Shown here: positions 44,884-60,434 of the stretch, piece by piece
Position numbering within the stretch: position 1 is the stretch's first letter
How the letters are laid out: each line of letters begins with the position of its first letter
Made by a program: the position numbers and the translations under genes
Notes under the pieces: generated by a model
Database searches by the model: none
Seen by the model: the letters and a program-made list of their open reading frames with translations, nothing else
Told to the model about the DNA's origin: nothing
Assembly (NCBI RefSeq): GCF_009914755.1
Contig: NC_060933.1
Length of the DNA stretch: 64,000 nucleotides
Reading direction: 5' to 3' (one strand)
Source: the human T2T-CHM13v2.0 reference genome, Homo sapiens

Positions 44884-46039
44884 CTTGCCAGGGAGAAAAA
44901 TAAAACCAAATATAAGGCAAACCATGATCACTGCCAAAATAGAGATCCAAGAATGCTATGTGAGGCCTGTGCCAGGGTAACCACAGTCAAGGCAGCAGGG
45001 ACAGCTTCCAGGGAGTGGGTAACATTGAAATGTCTCTGGATGGACATTGAAGGATGGAGAAGAGTTTTCAAATTTAGTTTCATTGTTAATAATTTTTAAA
45101 TAATCCAATTTCACTATAGAAAATTATATCTGAGGGAGAAAAATGTTAATAATTTGGAGTATACCATTCTGGACACTTCCTATATGTAGACTATTTTATA
45201 AAACTGTGATATTATTATGTTATTTTGTAAACTGGATTCCTTCTAGCATTATAAGTTGACTCCATAACAATAAACATGCATCTATGTTATTTTGAATTGT
45301 GACCTAGATATTCTGTTTGGATACATGATAATTTGTGTAACCAATTGTTCTATTGGTGTATACTCAGGTGGCTTCCAACATTGGGATGAGTAACGTTAGA
45401 CATGTGTCATTATGCATGTCCACAGTTACTACAAAAGGATCAGTTCCTGGAAGGCAAATTGCAGACTCCTAGGACATGTACTATGTTAAGACTTTTAAAG
45501 ACCATAGACTGTTTTTCCAACAACCCCCACCAAAAAGAAAGAGAAAGAAACAAGGAAGGAAAAAGAAAATAAAGACTGTAGGCTGTCAAGTTCCAACAGA
45601 TGAGATTTTAACCGGAGCTGAAGGTCAGAGTGATAGAAATGCATGCTGGAGGATGGGCACGGCATAAATGAAGGTATGAGAGCAGAAATAGAGGGTGTGT
45701 TTCAGTATTGCTATTCTAGAGACAAGCAGAACATCGTTTCAGTCCATACTGGTCATGATGAGATCAAGTCAGTGGGGGGAACTGTCTCCTGTTCAGGCAC
45801 AAAACCTCTGCTCCCCCACGATTTTCTAAATGCCCTTATTCTGCTTCCTTTTTCCTCATATAGCACGTGGCACACAGTAGGTATGTCGTAAATGCTGGAC
45901 TGAACTGAGTCAGCAGAGATGTCTATAACTCTGTTGCTCCCTCAAAGCCCTTTCGCCTAGACGTGTAGGATAAAAATGCAACAAAGGAGAAAGTGACAGA
46001 GGAGCTTGATTTATCACAGTTTTGTGATTATGAAGAAAG

Positions 46040-46321
46040 AATTTCATCCTACAAACATCCCTTTTCTGGCCATTTACATTATCAGTTTGGATTCTATGGC
46101 TTTTCAGAAGACGAGGAAATATGTAATGGGATGAAAATGTGAAATACTAGTATAATCATTTATCATTTTCATTGAAGAGAGGTATTGATTCTCTGGAATG
46201 CTCATGAACCTAGGGCTGCTTCCAGAATGTAATGATTGCTCCCCCTGGACATATCCCCTCTCTACTCAGCAGGGTCATCTCAAGCCCCAGATGCTCTTCT
46301 TGGCACTAATATGAGTGATCT
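46040..46321 (-). pseudogene. Remnant exon encoding RGS C-terminal helix motif
   Basis: cttttctggtccccag|; 46200-46081 reads HSRESIPLFNENDK*LY*YFTFSSHYIFPRLLKSHRIQTD, cf. canonical RGS FDEAQK.IY.LM..DSYPRFLKS; 3' end uncertain. Confidence 0.55.
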
Positions 46322-46391
46322 CTGGGGACCAGAAAAGATCCCCCACCCCCCACCCAGAAGGAGCTCTCCCTCCTCCATCTCCAAATCTAAC

Positions 46392-46528
46392 CAATGCTTC
46401 GAGGTCCCTTCTCAAGTAACAACCCCCCTTAAGCCAGCACCAATGGCTTTTCTTTCTGAACCTACTTCTGCACACAATGTAGAACCTCATGATGTCATAT
46501 ACTGCCATTTTCTCTCAGTGATCTGAAC
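46392..46528 (-). pseudogene. Remnant exon
   Basis: cctcctgttgcag|G TTC AGA...CATTG|gttaga; FRSLRENGSI*...LLEKGPRSI; followed by a 70-bp intron. Confidence 0.45.
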
Positions 46529-46544
46529 CTGCAACAGGAGGTAT

Positions 46545-47460
<916 letters not shown>

Positions 47461-47558
47461 TAGAGTAAGGAGGTGATGGCAGGAATTCAGGGCTTCCTCA
47501 CTGCTGGCGCTCCTGCGAGCTCTGGGATGGGCCCAGCGTTTCACCCATCTAGCTTCAC

Positions 47559-47679
47559 CTTTCCTCATTTTGTGGAGCTCTCCCTGAGGTCTCTGGTTCC
47601 AGTCACAGTTTAATAGGAAATTGGCTTCTGTGCAAGTAATGCCAGTTGTCTCTTCTTTTTGTATAGCACTTTGCAATTT
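47559..47679 (-). pseudogene. Remnant exon
   Basis: ctgccttgctttag|...GGAAAG|gtgaag, 121 bp. Confidence 0.45.
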
Positions 47680-47729
47680 CTAAAGCAAGGCAGGTGAGAA
47701 AACAGCCTCAAAGCGGGCAAGCTACTTGG

Positions 47730-47902
47730 GGAATGACAGCATTGATAGGGCATGAGGTCGCCAGTGTGGGCGAGAAGTAGGTTGCAAGTCTTCAGACTGT
47801 CAGGCCATCGCTCTTTCCAAATCTGGAAAATTCTCTATGACCAGAAGCCAAGCAGCTAAGGAACATATTTTCCAGGTGTCTAAGAGAACCTCAAGAGGGA
47901 AG
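47730..47902 (-). pseudogene. Remnant exon, RGS-like FW/E motif region
   Basis: cttcctctgtcttgccag|; in phase with previous exon gives DTSLLRFS*TPGKY, then frameshift to AAWLLVIENFPDLE; 3' end uncertain. Confidence 0.5.
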
Positions 47903-48691
47903 CTGGCAAGACAGAGGAAGATTGGCAGGCTATCGCTGGACCCCAGCTGCTGGGAATTTGCCCTGGCTGACCTCCCCTATAGTGCATGTCACATGGTCAC
48001 TGGCACGACCTAAATGGAGAGACTATCTTGGGCAGAGCTTCCCTGCGTTGTGCAAGCTGACACATGGCTCTGACTTGGCCATGGTTCATCTCAGGGTGGC
48101 AGTTTGAAAGAGAGGACAGAAAGTAGAGACCCCCAGAACAGTAGAGCTGGGAAGCAATTTAGAGATCATCTAGTCCCAACCCCTTCTCCTGATTTTCAAT
48201 AAGGGAAACTGAGTCCCACAGGTGTGGAGAGATTGCCTAGGTGAGTCACGACTAAGACGCAGCCATTCTGCCTTCCAGAGCAGAGTCTAGTCCTCAACCC
48301 TTCCTATGTCTCGGCCCTTCCTATTCAGTCATCCTGTGAGCCTATGCTTACAAAGCACAGCATTATGGCTTGCATGCCTGTGTGTACACAAGTGTGCTTG
48401 TCTGTGTACACCCAGACACATACATGTGCCAGCAATCTTGGTAGAGTATAATGATTGAGAGCCTGGACTCTGGAGTCACACTACCTGGGTTCAAATCCCT
48501 ATAATGCTAATCTTGGGCAAGTCACTTAACCTCTCTGTGCCTCAGTTTCCTCATTTATAAAAAATATAGTAGTACCTACTTCATAGTTTTGAACCTTTTC
48601 TAAATGTCTATACGTAAAGGGCTTCAAACACTATCTGATAGAGTGCCAGTGCTGGGAAATCACTTGGTCCTGTTATCTCCAGAAAGCTCAC

Positions 48692-48889
48692 TGTCATGCC
48701 TGCCTATTGTTCTCTTGGTTGGGAAATAATGTTCTAATAAAAATAATCCCATACAACAATACTCATAAACTGAAATGCCTAGAGGGGTTGGGTAGAAGTG
48801 AGCAGGGCGTAAGAAGAATTGTGTGACTCCCTCAACTCTTATTTGATTTTCCGTTTTGAAAGAGAAACACAGGGAAATATTTCTCCACT
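48692..48889 (-). pseudogene. Remnant exon, frame fully open
   Basis: gttgtttttcctag|AG...GACA|gtgagc, 198 bp, phase 1/1; EWRNISLCFSF...HFYPTPLGISVYEYCCMGLFLL...RTIGRHD. Confidence 0.5.
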
Positions 48890-49009
48890 CTAGGAAAAAC
48901 AACAGTGCACACCCAGTGATAGATGGTGACTGTACCTTGGCCTCAGTGTTAGGACAATAGAGAGTGGTGGGGACTGTGGTACACGGGAGAGCCCAGGCCC
49001 TGTCTGAAG

Positions 49010-49232
49010 GTGTGGTTGCCACTCAGTTTAACTGATGATTGCCATGTGAAAACTCAGATCTGGGGTTGTCAGCTCTCCTGATTTTCTCAAGAAAGGCCAG
49101 AAATCTGCATTTTAAACATGTAAAATGTCCCAATTATTAAATGTTGGCTCAATTCTTTGAAAACATTGGCTGAGCCAAACAAAACATCTGTGGACCAGAC
49201 TCAGCCACAGCTGCCAGTACTCAATTTCTGCC
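49010..49232. mobile_element. MER103C-like DNA transposon
   Basis: gccagaaatctg..taaatgttggc..gccaaacaaaacatctgtgg. Confidence 0.65.
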
Positions 49233-50010
49233 TGATATTTATGTACTGTAGTCATCGTTTTTACTTAATCCAGTGGTGGCCGTGTGAGTAACATTGAGTT
49301 CTTATCAACGCCCCCATCTAAGGATGAGATTAAAAAACCAGCTCAGAGGGTGGCAGCTCACTGCAGGTAACTGGTTAAAGAGAAAAATCTGAGATTATAA
49401 ACTGGATTCTCCAAAGAAGGCTATACCCCTGTTTCTGAGATAGGTCCTTTGTTCCACTCTGGGCTTCAGTTTCCCCATTAGCAAAACAGGTTAAAAACAC
49501 AGAAACACCCTGTGTACAACTTTGGGCTATTGTGAAGATTATGAAATTATGAATGGGAAGTACCTCACAAACTTGAAGTTTGATGTAGGCCCACGTGAAG
49601 GGCTCTTATCACCATGTAATCATAATAATAGTAAACAGTACATGCTTCTTTGAATCCTTTTCTGCCGAAGGAGAATTGGCACATTTTAGACTAGTTTTTA
49701 ACTTATAGGCTAGGCAATAAACCCGAAGCATTGTTTGCAATAGCAAGAAATTGGAAATGACTTAAATACCCATTGATAAAGGAATGGATAAACAGAGTAT
49801 GTAATCCTCAGTTGAAATATTATGTGACATTTAAAAAGAATTAACTGTGAGTGTGTAAAAATACAACATGATCTGGAAAGCAATACTGAATGACAAAATA
49901 AATTGGCAGAATAAGCATAGCATAATGACATTTAAGTAAATTTTTAAAACTCACCCCAAACTCTGCATTGTTCACGGATACCTACTTATATATTAAAGTA
50001 TATAGATATG

Positions 50011-50229
50011 CATCCTGGCTAACACGGTGAAACCCCGTCTCCACTAAAAATATAAAACATTAGCCAAGCCTGGTGGCGGGAAACTGTAGTAGTCCCAGCT
50101 ACTCGGGAGGCTGAGACAGGAGAATGGCGTGAACCCAGGAGGCGGAGCTTGCGGTGAGCGGAGATCACGCCACTGCACTCCAGCTTGGGCGACAAAGCAA
50201 GACTCCGTCTCAAAAAAAAAAAAAAAAAA
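50011..50229 (+). mobile_element. 5'-truncated AluY in an L1M 3' end
   Basis: catcctggctaacacggtg and gaatggcgtgaaccc; 16-bp TSD aaagtatatagatatg at 49995-50010 and 50227-50242. Confidence 0.92.
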
Positions 50230-50477
50230 GTATATAGATATGAGAGGGCGAAGATGCACCCTCAATTTATGATAAAGATTGCTTCTGGGTAGGAAGGGAG
50301 GGGGACAGGCTCAGGTGGAGTACAAAGAAGCTTCAACTTTATCTGCAATGTACAGTTTCTTTTTTAAAAAAATCTGAAGCAAATGCAACAAAATGTTAAC
50401 ATCTGTTAATTTTAGATAGTGAGTACATGGGTTTTAAAAAATTGTTTTCTATTTTTTTTTGCTTTTTAAAAATAATT

Positions 50478-50632
50478 TAAAGGAAGGAAGAGAGGGAGGG
50501 AAGAGGGAGGGAGAGAGGAAAAGAGAGAGAGAAAGAAAAAGAAACAAAGAAAAAGAGGAAGGAAGGAAAAGAGAGAGAGAAAAAGAAACAAAGAAAAAGA
50601 GGAAGGAAGGAAAAAGGAAGGAAGAAAGAAAA
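50478..50632. repeat. GA-rich low-complexity tract
   Basis: Direct reading. Confidence 0.85.
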
Positions 50633-50814
50633 CCACAACACTCAAAGTCATATTTAGAGCTGGGTCCAAAACTTTGGTCGAATTTTAGAACACTTTGAGA
50701 ATAAAAGAATAATGGACCACAAAGAATTACTGCTGTGACTGGGACCCCACTACTTGCATCCATACCCATTTCTGTGAAGACCTTCATCAGGTTGAATTAT
50801 TAAGAATTCTCTTT

Positions 50815-51124
<310 letters not shown>

Positions 51125-52702
51125 TCATTTCTGGGGGTCTGTACATGGTTAGGATCTTAGGCCAGTGGGTGGGTGGCTCTGATGATAAACATGGAGTGTT
51201 ATTTCTCTAGTGGCTATTGGCTCAAGCAAGGGGAAGAAAGGAAGCCCAACTTCACTCCCAAATAACCCTCTTGATACATTTATCACTAAGTGACTTAGAA
51301 ATACAGTCCACTCTGAGGTTTGATAGGATTGCAGGCACCATTAAAGCTCTTGAAATTCACCCCAAGTTAGAAGAAAGGCAGCTCACAGTTCTTACATCAG
51401 TCAGGAAGAGTGTTTCCTGGCTTTGAGAATGAGCCTGGTTTTCTTGCTGGGCATGGCATTGGAGTCAAGAGCAACAATGAAGGTGGCAAATGATGGGGTG
51501 GACTGTTTTTCCCAGGGTTTATGGAGTACCATCATTACTTAAGCTATCCCTTATTGCACACTTACTACCCTTATCACAGCACTAGGCTCAGTGCCTTTCA
51601 TGGTGGGACATCTGCTGTCTTTGGTTTCTTTTTTTCCCTCCTATTGAGGAATACTTCTCCTCTCCATGTGTTTCTGGTGGAGCCATTTATCATAGTACAC
51701 AGCAAACCTCAGCCATTGGCCACATGACCCGAGCCTGGCCAATCACAGTTCCCCATCTTCCTGGCAACAAGAATGAATTAGTTCAAGAGGTGGGCAGGTG
51801 ACCTTTGCAGAGGATAGAGGGAATTTATCTGGGATTGCCAAGCAGATGCTGAGATAAAGAAGCATTTTCTTGGCATTGCTAAGCTGGGGCTGCTGTGGCC
51901 ATGTCCCCAACATGGGGAAGGCCTCTCTGCAGTAGGAGGGAAAGAAGCCAGCATGCAGAAAGGCAGAGACAAGATAAATGCAGAGAAAGAGTCAGTATTT
52001 AGTGGCTCAGTATTTGGCCCTCAGTTCCAGATGTGAAGCACTTGTCCCTGCAGTTATTCCTCAGTTTCAGTGGGCTACCTTATTATCCACTGAACCATAG
52101 GAACCAATTGATCCCTTGTTATCCCTTCAGCAAGTTGGGTTTCTGTTGCTTACAACCAAAAAATTCAGAAACTTAGAGAATGACCTCAGAATCTAAGATT
52201 CACTAAAATCTAACAGTGCAAGGGCAGGCCATATCAGTGCTGTTCACCATTGTATATCTAGTGCTAGGAACAGACCCTGTTCCATAATCGTTTTTCAGGA
52301 AATACTTGTTAAATGAATAAATAGTACTTAAGTGTTACATCACAGAATTAGTGTACAAACCCTGATAAGGAGGTGTTACTATCAGAAGTTCCCAATGCTC
52401 AAATAAGGGCTCAAGTTCACCCAGCTGGAAAGTGGCAGAGGTTAGTTTCTGACAAGATTCTTAAGCCTGATGCTGTATCACCTCCCAGTCTGACAGCTCC
52501 TTTCCAACTGCTCTCCTTAACCGTACTCATGTGGAGAACCAGGGTGATTGCAAAAGCACAGACCTAATTCAATCACCTCCTGCTTTAGTCCTTTACTAGT
52601 TGCTATTGGTCTGCTGCAGTCAGTTGCAGAGGCTGGATTGCATCGTGGGGGCATTCCCATATCGTTCACCTTTCCCACTGCCTCCTACTGCCTTGGCCTC
52701 AC

Positions 52703-53099
52703 CCTTCAGCCAAGTCCAGCTTCCAGATGGCATTTTCTTGCCCAGTGATTTTTTTCCCCAAAAGTCTAGGAATCTGTTCCAAGTTTCTGGAAGTTATTGG
52801 ATCCTTAGTTTTAAATCTTTTTCATATGCAAGCAGTTTATTCTCATTAAGAGAAATCCTATCTTCTGCTTGTTTAACTCTGTCAGTTAAATCCGTTAAGT
52901 TTATTTGTGTTTGCCCAGTGGTAATTTTTATTGAGGGAACATCTGAAACCATCTGCAGGGAGGAAGTTGAAGAAGCTCTTGGAGTGCCCCAGCTCTGTTA
53001 CTGATTTTCCTGACATCTTTACCACCCAGAACGGCTCCTTCCATCCACGGGAGGCTGACCACAGGGTTGCTCATCTCTGAGTCCTTTTGAGTTTTGAAT
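52703..53099 (-). pseudogene. Remnant large exon (397 bp)
   Basis: Decayed acceptor ttattccaa|, donor AAGG|gtgagg; one frame has 3 stops in 132 codons (...SLQMVSDVPSIKITTGQTQINLTDLTDRVKQAEDRISLNENKLL...); ends phase 1. Confidence 0.45.
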
Positions 53100-53436
53100 T
53101 TGGAATAATAGGAACGGCCTTAACTTTTGAGATTTCATATTGTGTGCTTTTTTTGTTGCAAGGGGTTTCAGAGAGAGACAGAGCCCTAAAGAGCTAGGAT
53201 TAATGATTTCCAGTGCAACATTACTAGGGAGCACAGGCAGAAGGGACAGAGTCCCTGTTTCCTGCTTTCAGATGAAGGGAAAGGATGCATAATTCATCCT
53301 TCTGGGAGTGATCATTCCATCCTCTGAGTTCGTATTGCATTTTGTATCTTTACCAGACCCCTGGCACTTCCTCCCTCAGGTCACGTTCATCTGCCTTATT
53401 CCCCTACTGGACTCTGAAAGCCTTGAGTGAAGACTT

Positions 53437-53493
53437 TGTATCATTCATTGTGATGCTGTATCATTCATTGTGATGTGTATCATTCATTGTAAT
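53437..53493. repeat. 19-20 bp unit x3 (tgtatcattcattgtgatg)
   Basis: Direct reading; lies in an L2-like tail. Confidence 0.9.
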
Positions 53494-53811
53494 ATTGGAC
53501 CCCCTCGTTTATCCAGTAGAGTGTTTTGAGTATAGAAACTCTTTTTAGTGTTTGGTGAATGGTGAATGAATGAATGAGTGGGTGAATTCATGAATACCAT
53601 TCCCTGAATATAGCCACTGACTTCCCAGAATGGGTACTGTCATGGCATAACTGAGACAACCACATGTGAATAGCCCTGGGGTTCCAGGGAAATTATTATT
53701 GTTGCATTATCATTGCTTCTGTTTTATAAGACTTTTAAACATTTATTTGCTTAACTTCATTTTCTTTAAGGAAAAAAAAAAGATACTCACCTAGCTAATC
53801 AAAAGTCTTGC

Positions 53812-54107
53812 GGCTGGGCGCAGTGGCTCACGCCTGTAATCCCAGCACTTCGGGAGGCCAAGGTGGGTGGATCACCCAAGGTCAGGAGTTCAAGACCAGC
53901 CTGGCCAACATGGTGATGCCCCTTCTCTACTAAAAATACAAAAAAATTAGCTGGGTGTAGTGGTGTGTGCCTGTAATCCCAGGTACGTGGGAGGCTGAGG
54001 CAGGAGAATCACTTGGATCCAGGAGGTGGAGGTCGCAGTGAGCTGAGGTGCACCACTGCACTCCAGCCTGGGTGACAGCAAGACTCCGTCTCAAAAAAAA
54101 AAAAAAA
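53812..54107 (+). mobile_element. AluSx-like
   Basis: Full Alu. Confidence 0.92.
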
Positions 54108-54739
54108 GTTTCTTGCATTGGTTCTTTCAGTATAAATAGCAATTTCCAAATGATGTAGAACAAAGATAACCATGATCACAAAACCAGGCATCTCAAAAAG
54201 ACAAACTTTATATTTCAGGGCAAAAAAAAAAAAAAAAAACTCAAACAAAACTTTGCCTGTCAACTCCCCTTGATTCCCATCCAGATTTTTTAGAATCTCA
54301 TTTTGACTTAAAAGAAGTTTTTAGTAGATTGAGCTTTCAACTGTGAACTAGGATATCAAGATAGGTGGTAATCTGTCCATTCCTGGAGGTAGGCAAGTAG
54401 AAGTTGGATGACTACCAAAGAGGAAAATAGAACAGGAAATAATGACTAGAATACAGTGAAAAGTCCAGCAACATGATCTAGGAACAGAGAAATGACAAAT
54501 TCAACTCCACAACTGGTAAATAGAATGAGTAGTGGAAAATAGCAGAAGATTTAGGCTTAGACAGTCCTGAGACTGAATCTTGGCTCTAGTATTGGATAGC
54601 TGTGTGACTTGAGGAAGTAACATAACTTCTTTGATTACATGAGATATACATCATAACGAATCTAGCACAGTGCCTGACAGAGAGTATGTTAAACCATGTT
54701 AGCCTCTTTTATTTGTGCTTATAAGAGGAGGAAGAGTAT

Positions 54740-55184
54740 AGTAGATTGCAAAATTGACCCCAAATTCCTCCCATCCCTAAAATCGTATGCATTTGCAACA
54801 TGACGTTAACTCGCCTCTCATCTAGAGGTAGAGTCTCTCCCCTGGGGGCTTTGGGTGCAGTCATTTGAATTGGTCACTGAGGCCTTGGCAAATGTGGCAC
54901 AAGCAGAGGCTTAGAAAGGACGCTTGGGAACCCTGAAACTGACCATGTGAGCGAGTCTGATCTAGCCTCCTTGATATGGGGAGAGCCAAATGACAGATTC
55001 TCCCACTCACTCTAGCCAATATGTGAGTGAGGCCATCCCAGACCTCTCAGCCCCCAGCTGACCCACTACCTGACTGTAGAACTATCTGGTTGACCCAGAG
55101 ACTCTGGAACAATAACAAAATAATTTTTGTTTTCAGTCACTGGTTTTGGGGTGGTTTGTTATGCAGCAAAAGCTAACTATTACA
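54740..55184. mobile_element. MLT1 (F/G-like) LTR
   Basis: atgtgagtgaggccatcc...ttttggggtggtttgttatgcagca. Confidence 0.7.
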
Positions 55185-55260
55185 AGTAGAGTCAAAAAAG
55201 TATCTAATTAGAAATAATTGAGATCAACGAGTAAATGGAATTTGCTTTTCAGAAACTCAT

Positions 55261-55430
55261 TGGTTAGGTGACTTTGCCATAATGTAGATAGATATATCTC
55301 TTGACACAAGGGCCATCTGTGTGAGTAGAAATGTCTGAAACATAGTTGAATTGTCTGTCAGGCTTTTAGCCAATTTAATCTACAGAAATGCATGTTATGT
55401 CCAGAACAATGAATTTTAATGCTTAGGCTG
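55261..55430 (-). pseudogene. Remnant exon with decayed donor
   Basis: catttctttttgcatttag|...ACCA|atgagt (GT>AT); FCRLNWLKA*QTIQLCFRHFYSHRWPLCQEIYLSTLWQ. Confidence 0.4.
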
Positions 55431-55529
55431 CTAAATGCAAAAAGAAATGTAAGCCATATTTACACAAGTGCTGTGTTCCCTGAAGATCCTGCAGGTCCTC
55501 CTGGAGCGGAGGCTGGCTGGGGACATCAC

Positions 55530-55618
55530 TGGTGTTCTTTCTCTAGGAAAGGTGACTGTGATCCCTGGGAAAAGCAAAGAAATATTCAAGCCTTATTTAG
55601 AGCCCACTTTAATATTAC
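55530..55618 (-). pseudogene. Remnant exon
   Basis: gtgctttttag|GTA ATA TTA AAG TGG: VILKWALN then frameshift to RLEYFF, cf. RGS22 GIKWIKKERLPAF; donor uncertain. Confidence 0.4.
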
Positions 55619-56074
55619 CTAAAAAGCACGATTCACAGGCTTTGATGTCTTGGCTGAGTAGAAATAACACTTCCCTCATCAAAAAAGTTGTTTGATCCTT
55701 GAATTCTGTTTTTTTTTTCTTTTTAGATATTAACTCAGAGCATTTCAGTCTCCCCTGGGTATGAAGTGATGAAAGGGGGCAGTTGATTTAGGGAATAAAG
55801 TTATTTAACTTCATTATCTTTGCAGCCCTAAAAGGGGGGCACTGTCCCTTTTCTGTTGGCAATTGCAGGGAATTGCCTGCCACCATCGCCACACAGCCCC
55901 TGGACAGTTGTCACATGATCTCACACATGGTAACAGTTCTTCTGTCCTCCAGGACCCTGTGTATTCACATGATGACCAGAGTGATCTTTTAAAATGCTGA
56001 ACCATGTAATTCCCCTGCTCCAAAATCTGCAATAGCTCCCTATTGCCTAGGCCACAGAGACCCATCTCCTTTCC

Positions 56075-56905
<831 letters not shown>

Positions 56906-57479
56906 TGTGTCTTAAGGCCCTTCGTAGGCTGAGCCCGCACTCTCCACCCTGGAACAATCCCTGTGCCTTCACAATTCTGGCTCCAACATCATCAGGCATC
57001 GTTATTTATGTTTGAGTTCAAATTTCTCTTCCGCAACCTATTAGGTCACTTACCTGCTCTGTGCCTCAATTTCTTCATCTTTAAAATGGGAATAAAAATA
57101 ATACCCACCCCAGGGCAATTATTTGGAGGGTTAAACGAATTTATGCAAACAAAACCCTCTGAATAGTATCTGGCTCAAAATTGTTCAGTGAAGATTCGTT
57201 ACTATTATTTTTATGTTTTTTGAAGTTCTCCTTCTTTTCTTCCCATCCAATGAGTCTCACTCTTTTGCTGTCCCCAGATAGGAGGCTGGGGCATCCCCAG
57301 GTCACACCGCAAGTCCACAGCATTAAACCCCAGACCTCTTCCCTGAATCCAGCACTGGTTCCACTGCCCTCCACCACCCGCCCTGCCCCAGGCCTCCCCT
57401 GAACATTCCGCACGCTGCCCACACTCTTTTTCTTTGGCTCCTTTCTGCGTTCCCAAATGGTTCCAAGGTTGAGCCATGA

Positions 57480-57742
57480 AAACCTTCCTGTACTTAAAAA
57501 CCTAGCTTCCAATCTGAGCTAAATGTGCCCTAAGTGTTAGCAGCCGTCGTTCTTTTATGTGTTAATTTGTCACTGGGGATACGGAAGGGATGGGAAAAGC
57601 GTGGAGCACTAGAAAATGGTTTGCCTCGGTCTTCATCAGCATCCTAATTATTCCACACCTTTTAAATAGAGGAAGTATTAGCATTCCTAAACTGCGTAGG
57701 GGTCTGATTGAAATAATGTCTCCTGAATTACTTTTCCATAAA
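57480..57742 (-). pseudogene. Possible remnant exon (3' end uncertain)
   Basis: Strong acceptor ttatttattttttcag| at 57743-57745; non-repeat sequence follows. Confidence 0.25.
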
Positions 57743-59631
57743 CTGAAAAAATAAATAAATAACAGGGAAGCGCCCCAGACACAGCCTCCTCCTGGGCTTG
57801 TGCCTGGCTGGGTCTTAGAGGAGGTGCATGAGAGGAGAGTGGCCGGGCTGTGGCTGCATTTGACCCACTGAGGTCAGGAGATATCTGTTCTCTCTGTTCC
57901 TACTCCTGCCATCCTTCCACATTATGCTCTTTCCTCTGGGCCCAGCTCATGTGAACCCTCCTCCTTCAGGAAGCCTTCCTTGACAGCATCCCTTCCTGGT
58001 TTCCACCAGTCTTGGCTTTTGGTTCTCTTGAGTGAAACTCCTGTTGCTCTATGCAGGTGGCCCTTCCAACTTGGGTGCTAATAGCTCAAGGACAAAGCCT
58101 CTTTGGAACTTTGTCTTGTCCTCTGTGTCACCGCCGGCACAAGCCCTGGCCCCCAGGAAGGTCCTGCTATACAGCTATTTACCTATGTTGGCCAAATGGT
58201 AGACAGCCTGAAGTCTCAGTGTGTCACAGCCCCTCCTACTCTCTCCCATTCCAGCCACCTCTCCAGATGACTACTCCAGAGGACTCAGCTAGCATCAGTG
58301 AAATGGAGAGTGGAGCTTCAGATACAAGGAACATTTTCCCAATAGCCAGTGGTCTCATCACAGAATGAGCTGCCTTATAAGATACAAGGTTCACCGCCCC
58401 TAGGAGCTTCAGAGCAGCAGATGGGAGGCCCTCTGTGTCTCCAACGTCCCATGGCTCCAGGTCCCGTGACACTAGAGTTCCATTCTATATTTCATGTCAT
58501 TCTTTGCAAAGGAAACACCAGTCCCTTTTATTAGCTCCCAGACCATGCATTAAGAAGGAAATCTGTAGCCACTTTGTTAAAGTTGGTACAAACAGAACAT
58601 CTCACATTTCAGAGCTGTCACTCCACTGAGAGTCATTCACATAAACAACGAGGTCCTCGTGGGTTTGATGGCAACACAAACACCACTTGTGACTCAATTA
58701 AGGAAGCAGTAATTAAAAAGGGGGAACAGCATGCAGTCTCTCCGATCGTATTTTCCCACTGAGGCCTGGGCCGCTGACGGGCAGAATCTAGGGGACTTAT
58801 GGGGGATCTTTGCTGGGGCCTGTGCCCCTGCTCTGGCCAGAGCTTGCCCAGGGTGAAGTGGGGAGAGAGAGAAGACATGGACACATGGGCCTTGACCTCA
58901 GCTAGTGACCCATCTCTCACACCAGCAAGCGGTGTAAGTTAATAAATTTTTTTTTTCTAAATTAACCAAGTGTACCTAAGGAGAAAACCATTGACCCCAG
59001 AGATTAGTCACAGTGTCTTGGTTCTCAAATAACCATAGTCAATATCTTTTATTTTTACTATGTTCCAGGCATTAAGTCATAACAACCCCATGACACAGCT
59101 ACCATTATTAGCTCTATTTTTCCAGATGAGGAAACTGAGGCACAAGCGCAAGGTCTTTCAGCTAAGAAGAGGCAGAGCCTGTATTTAAACACTGACAGAC
59201 TGGCTCTAAAGCCCACCCTTAAGCACCGTAATTAATTTGCCTCTTACTTTCTGAAATGCTCTTTCCTGGCCCTGGCCCTCCTAATAGTCAGCTTTACCAT
59301 TTTTTAAACACTTACTGTGTTCCAGAAACTGTGCTGTGTACTTCCTGTGGAGGATCTCATCTTATGAAGTATGTTCTGTAATTATCTCCATTTTACAGGT
59401 GGGGAAACTGAGGCTCTTGGAGATTAAGTGCCATTCCTCACCTAGCTAAGTGACAGGGCCTGGAATCAAATCCATATCTGCAACTCCAAATATTCCATCC
59501 TGCATTTCTTACTCCCACCTGTGAGTATTGGAAAGCCAAATAGTGGACTAACAGGTATTTTCCATTTGTTTGTTGGTAGGATATCGGTGTGGGAAGAGAG
59601 GACACAGTAAGATGCTCCTGTCCTTGAGGGT

Positions 59632-60034
59632 TGCTATAGACTGATTTATGTTCCCCCACCCCCCACCAAATTCATACTTTGAAGCCCTAATCCCCAATGT
59701 GACTGAATTTAGAAATAGGAATTTTAGGAGGTAATTAAGGTCATAAGGGTAGGGCTCTAATGCAGTAGGATTAGTGGCCCTATAAGAAGAGAGAGAGAGA
59801 GAGATCTTCATCTCTCTCTTTCTGTCTCCATGTACACCCACCAAAGAAAGACCATGTGAGCACGCAGCCAGAAGGTAGACATGTGCAAGCTAGAAAGAAA
59901 GCCCTCATCAGAACCATTCTGGTACCCTGATCTTGATCTTGAACTTCCAGCCTCCAGAAATGTAAGAAAACACATTTCTGTTGTTTAGCAACCCAGTCTA
60001 TGGTATGCTGTTATGGCAGCGGAGCTGACTAATC
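59632..60034 (+). mobile_element. MLT1A/B LTR
   Basis: tgctatagactga..gaagccctaatcccc...gctgactaa. Confidence 0.8.
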
Positions 60035-60109
60035 CAGGGGTATTTTTGAAGCATTAAGGCCAATGTATGGTGGCAAGCAAGGAATATGGCTGAGCCATCA
60101 TCCGTTCTA

Positions 60110-60410
60110 TGGTTGGATAGATGGATGCATGAATGGGTGGATGGATGGGTGGATGGGTTGATTGGATGGATGAGAGATGGCTGGTTGTTTCAGTGGGTGG
60201 ATGGATAGGTAGATGAGTAGATGGGTAAACAGATAAATAGATGAATAGGGAGATGGATGGATAGATGAATAGATGGATGATGGATGATTGGTTGAGTGAG
60301 TGGATGGATGGACAGGTAGATGGGCAGATGGATGAACAGATAAACAGATGGACAGATGAATGGGTGGATAGATGTGGATGGATGGATGGATGGACGGACA
60401 GACAGATGGA
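60110..60410. repeat. Degenerate (GGAT)n simple repeat
   Basis: Direct reading. Confidence 0.9.
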
Positions 60411-60434
60411 AAGCTGGGTATACTTGTTATTCAC

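Noticed and set aside
45906-45915. TGAGTCAGCA ARE/MARE motif (also AP-1 at 48242-48248)
   Set aside because: Short motifs are expected by chance in 64 kb; no supporting context.
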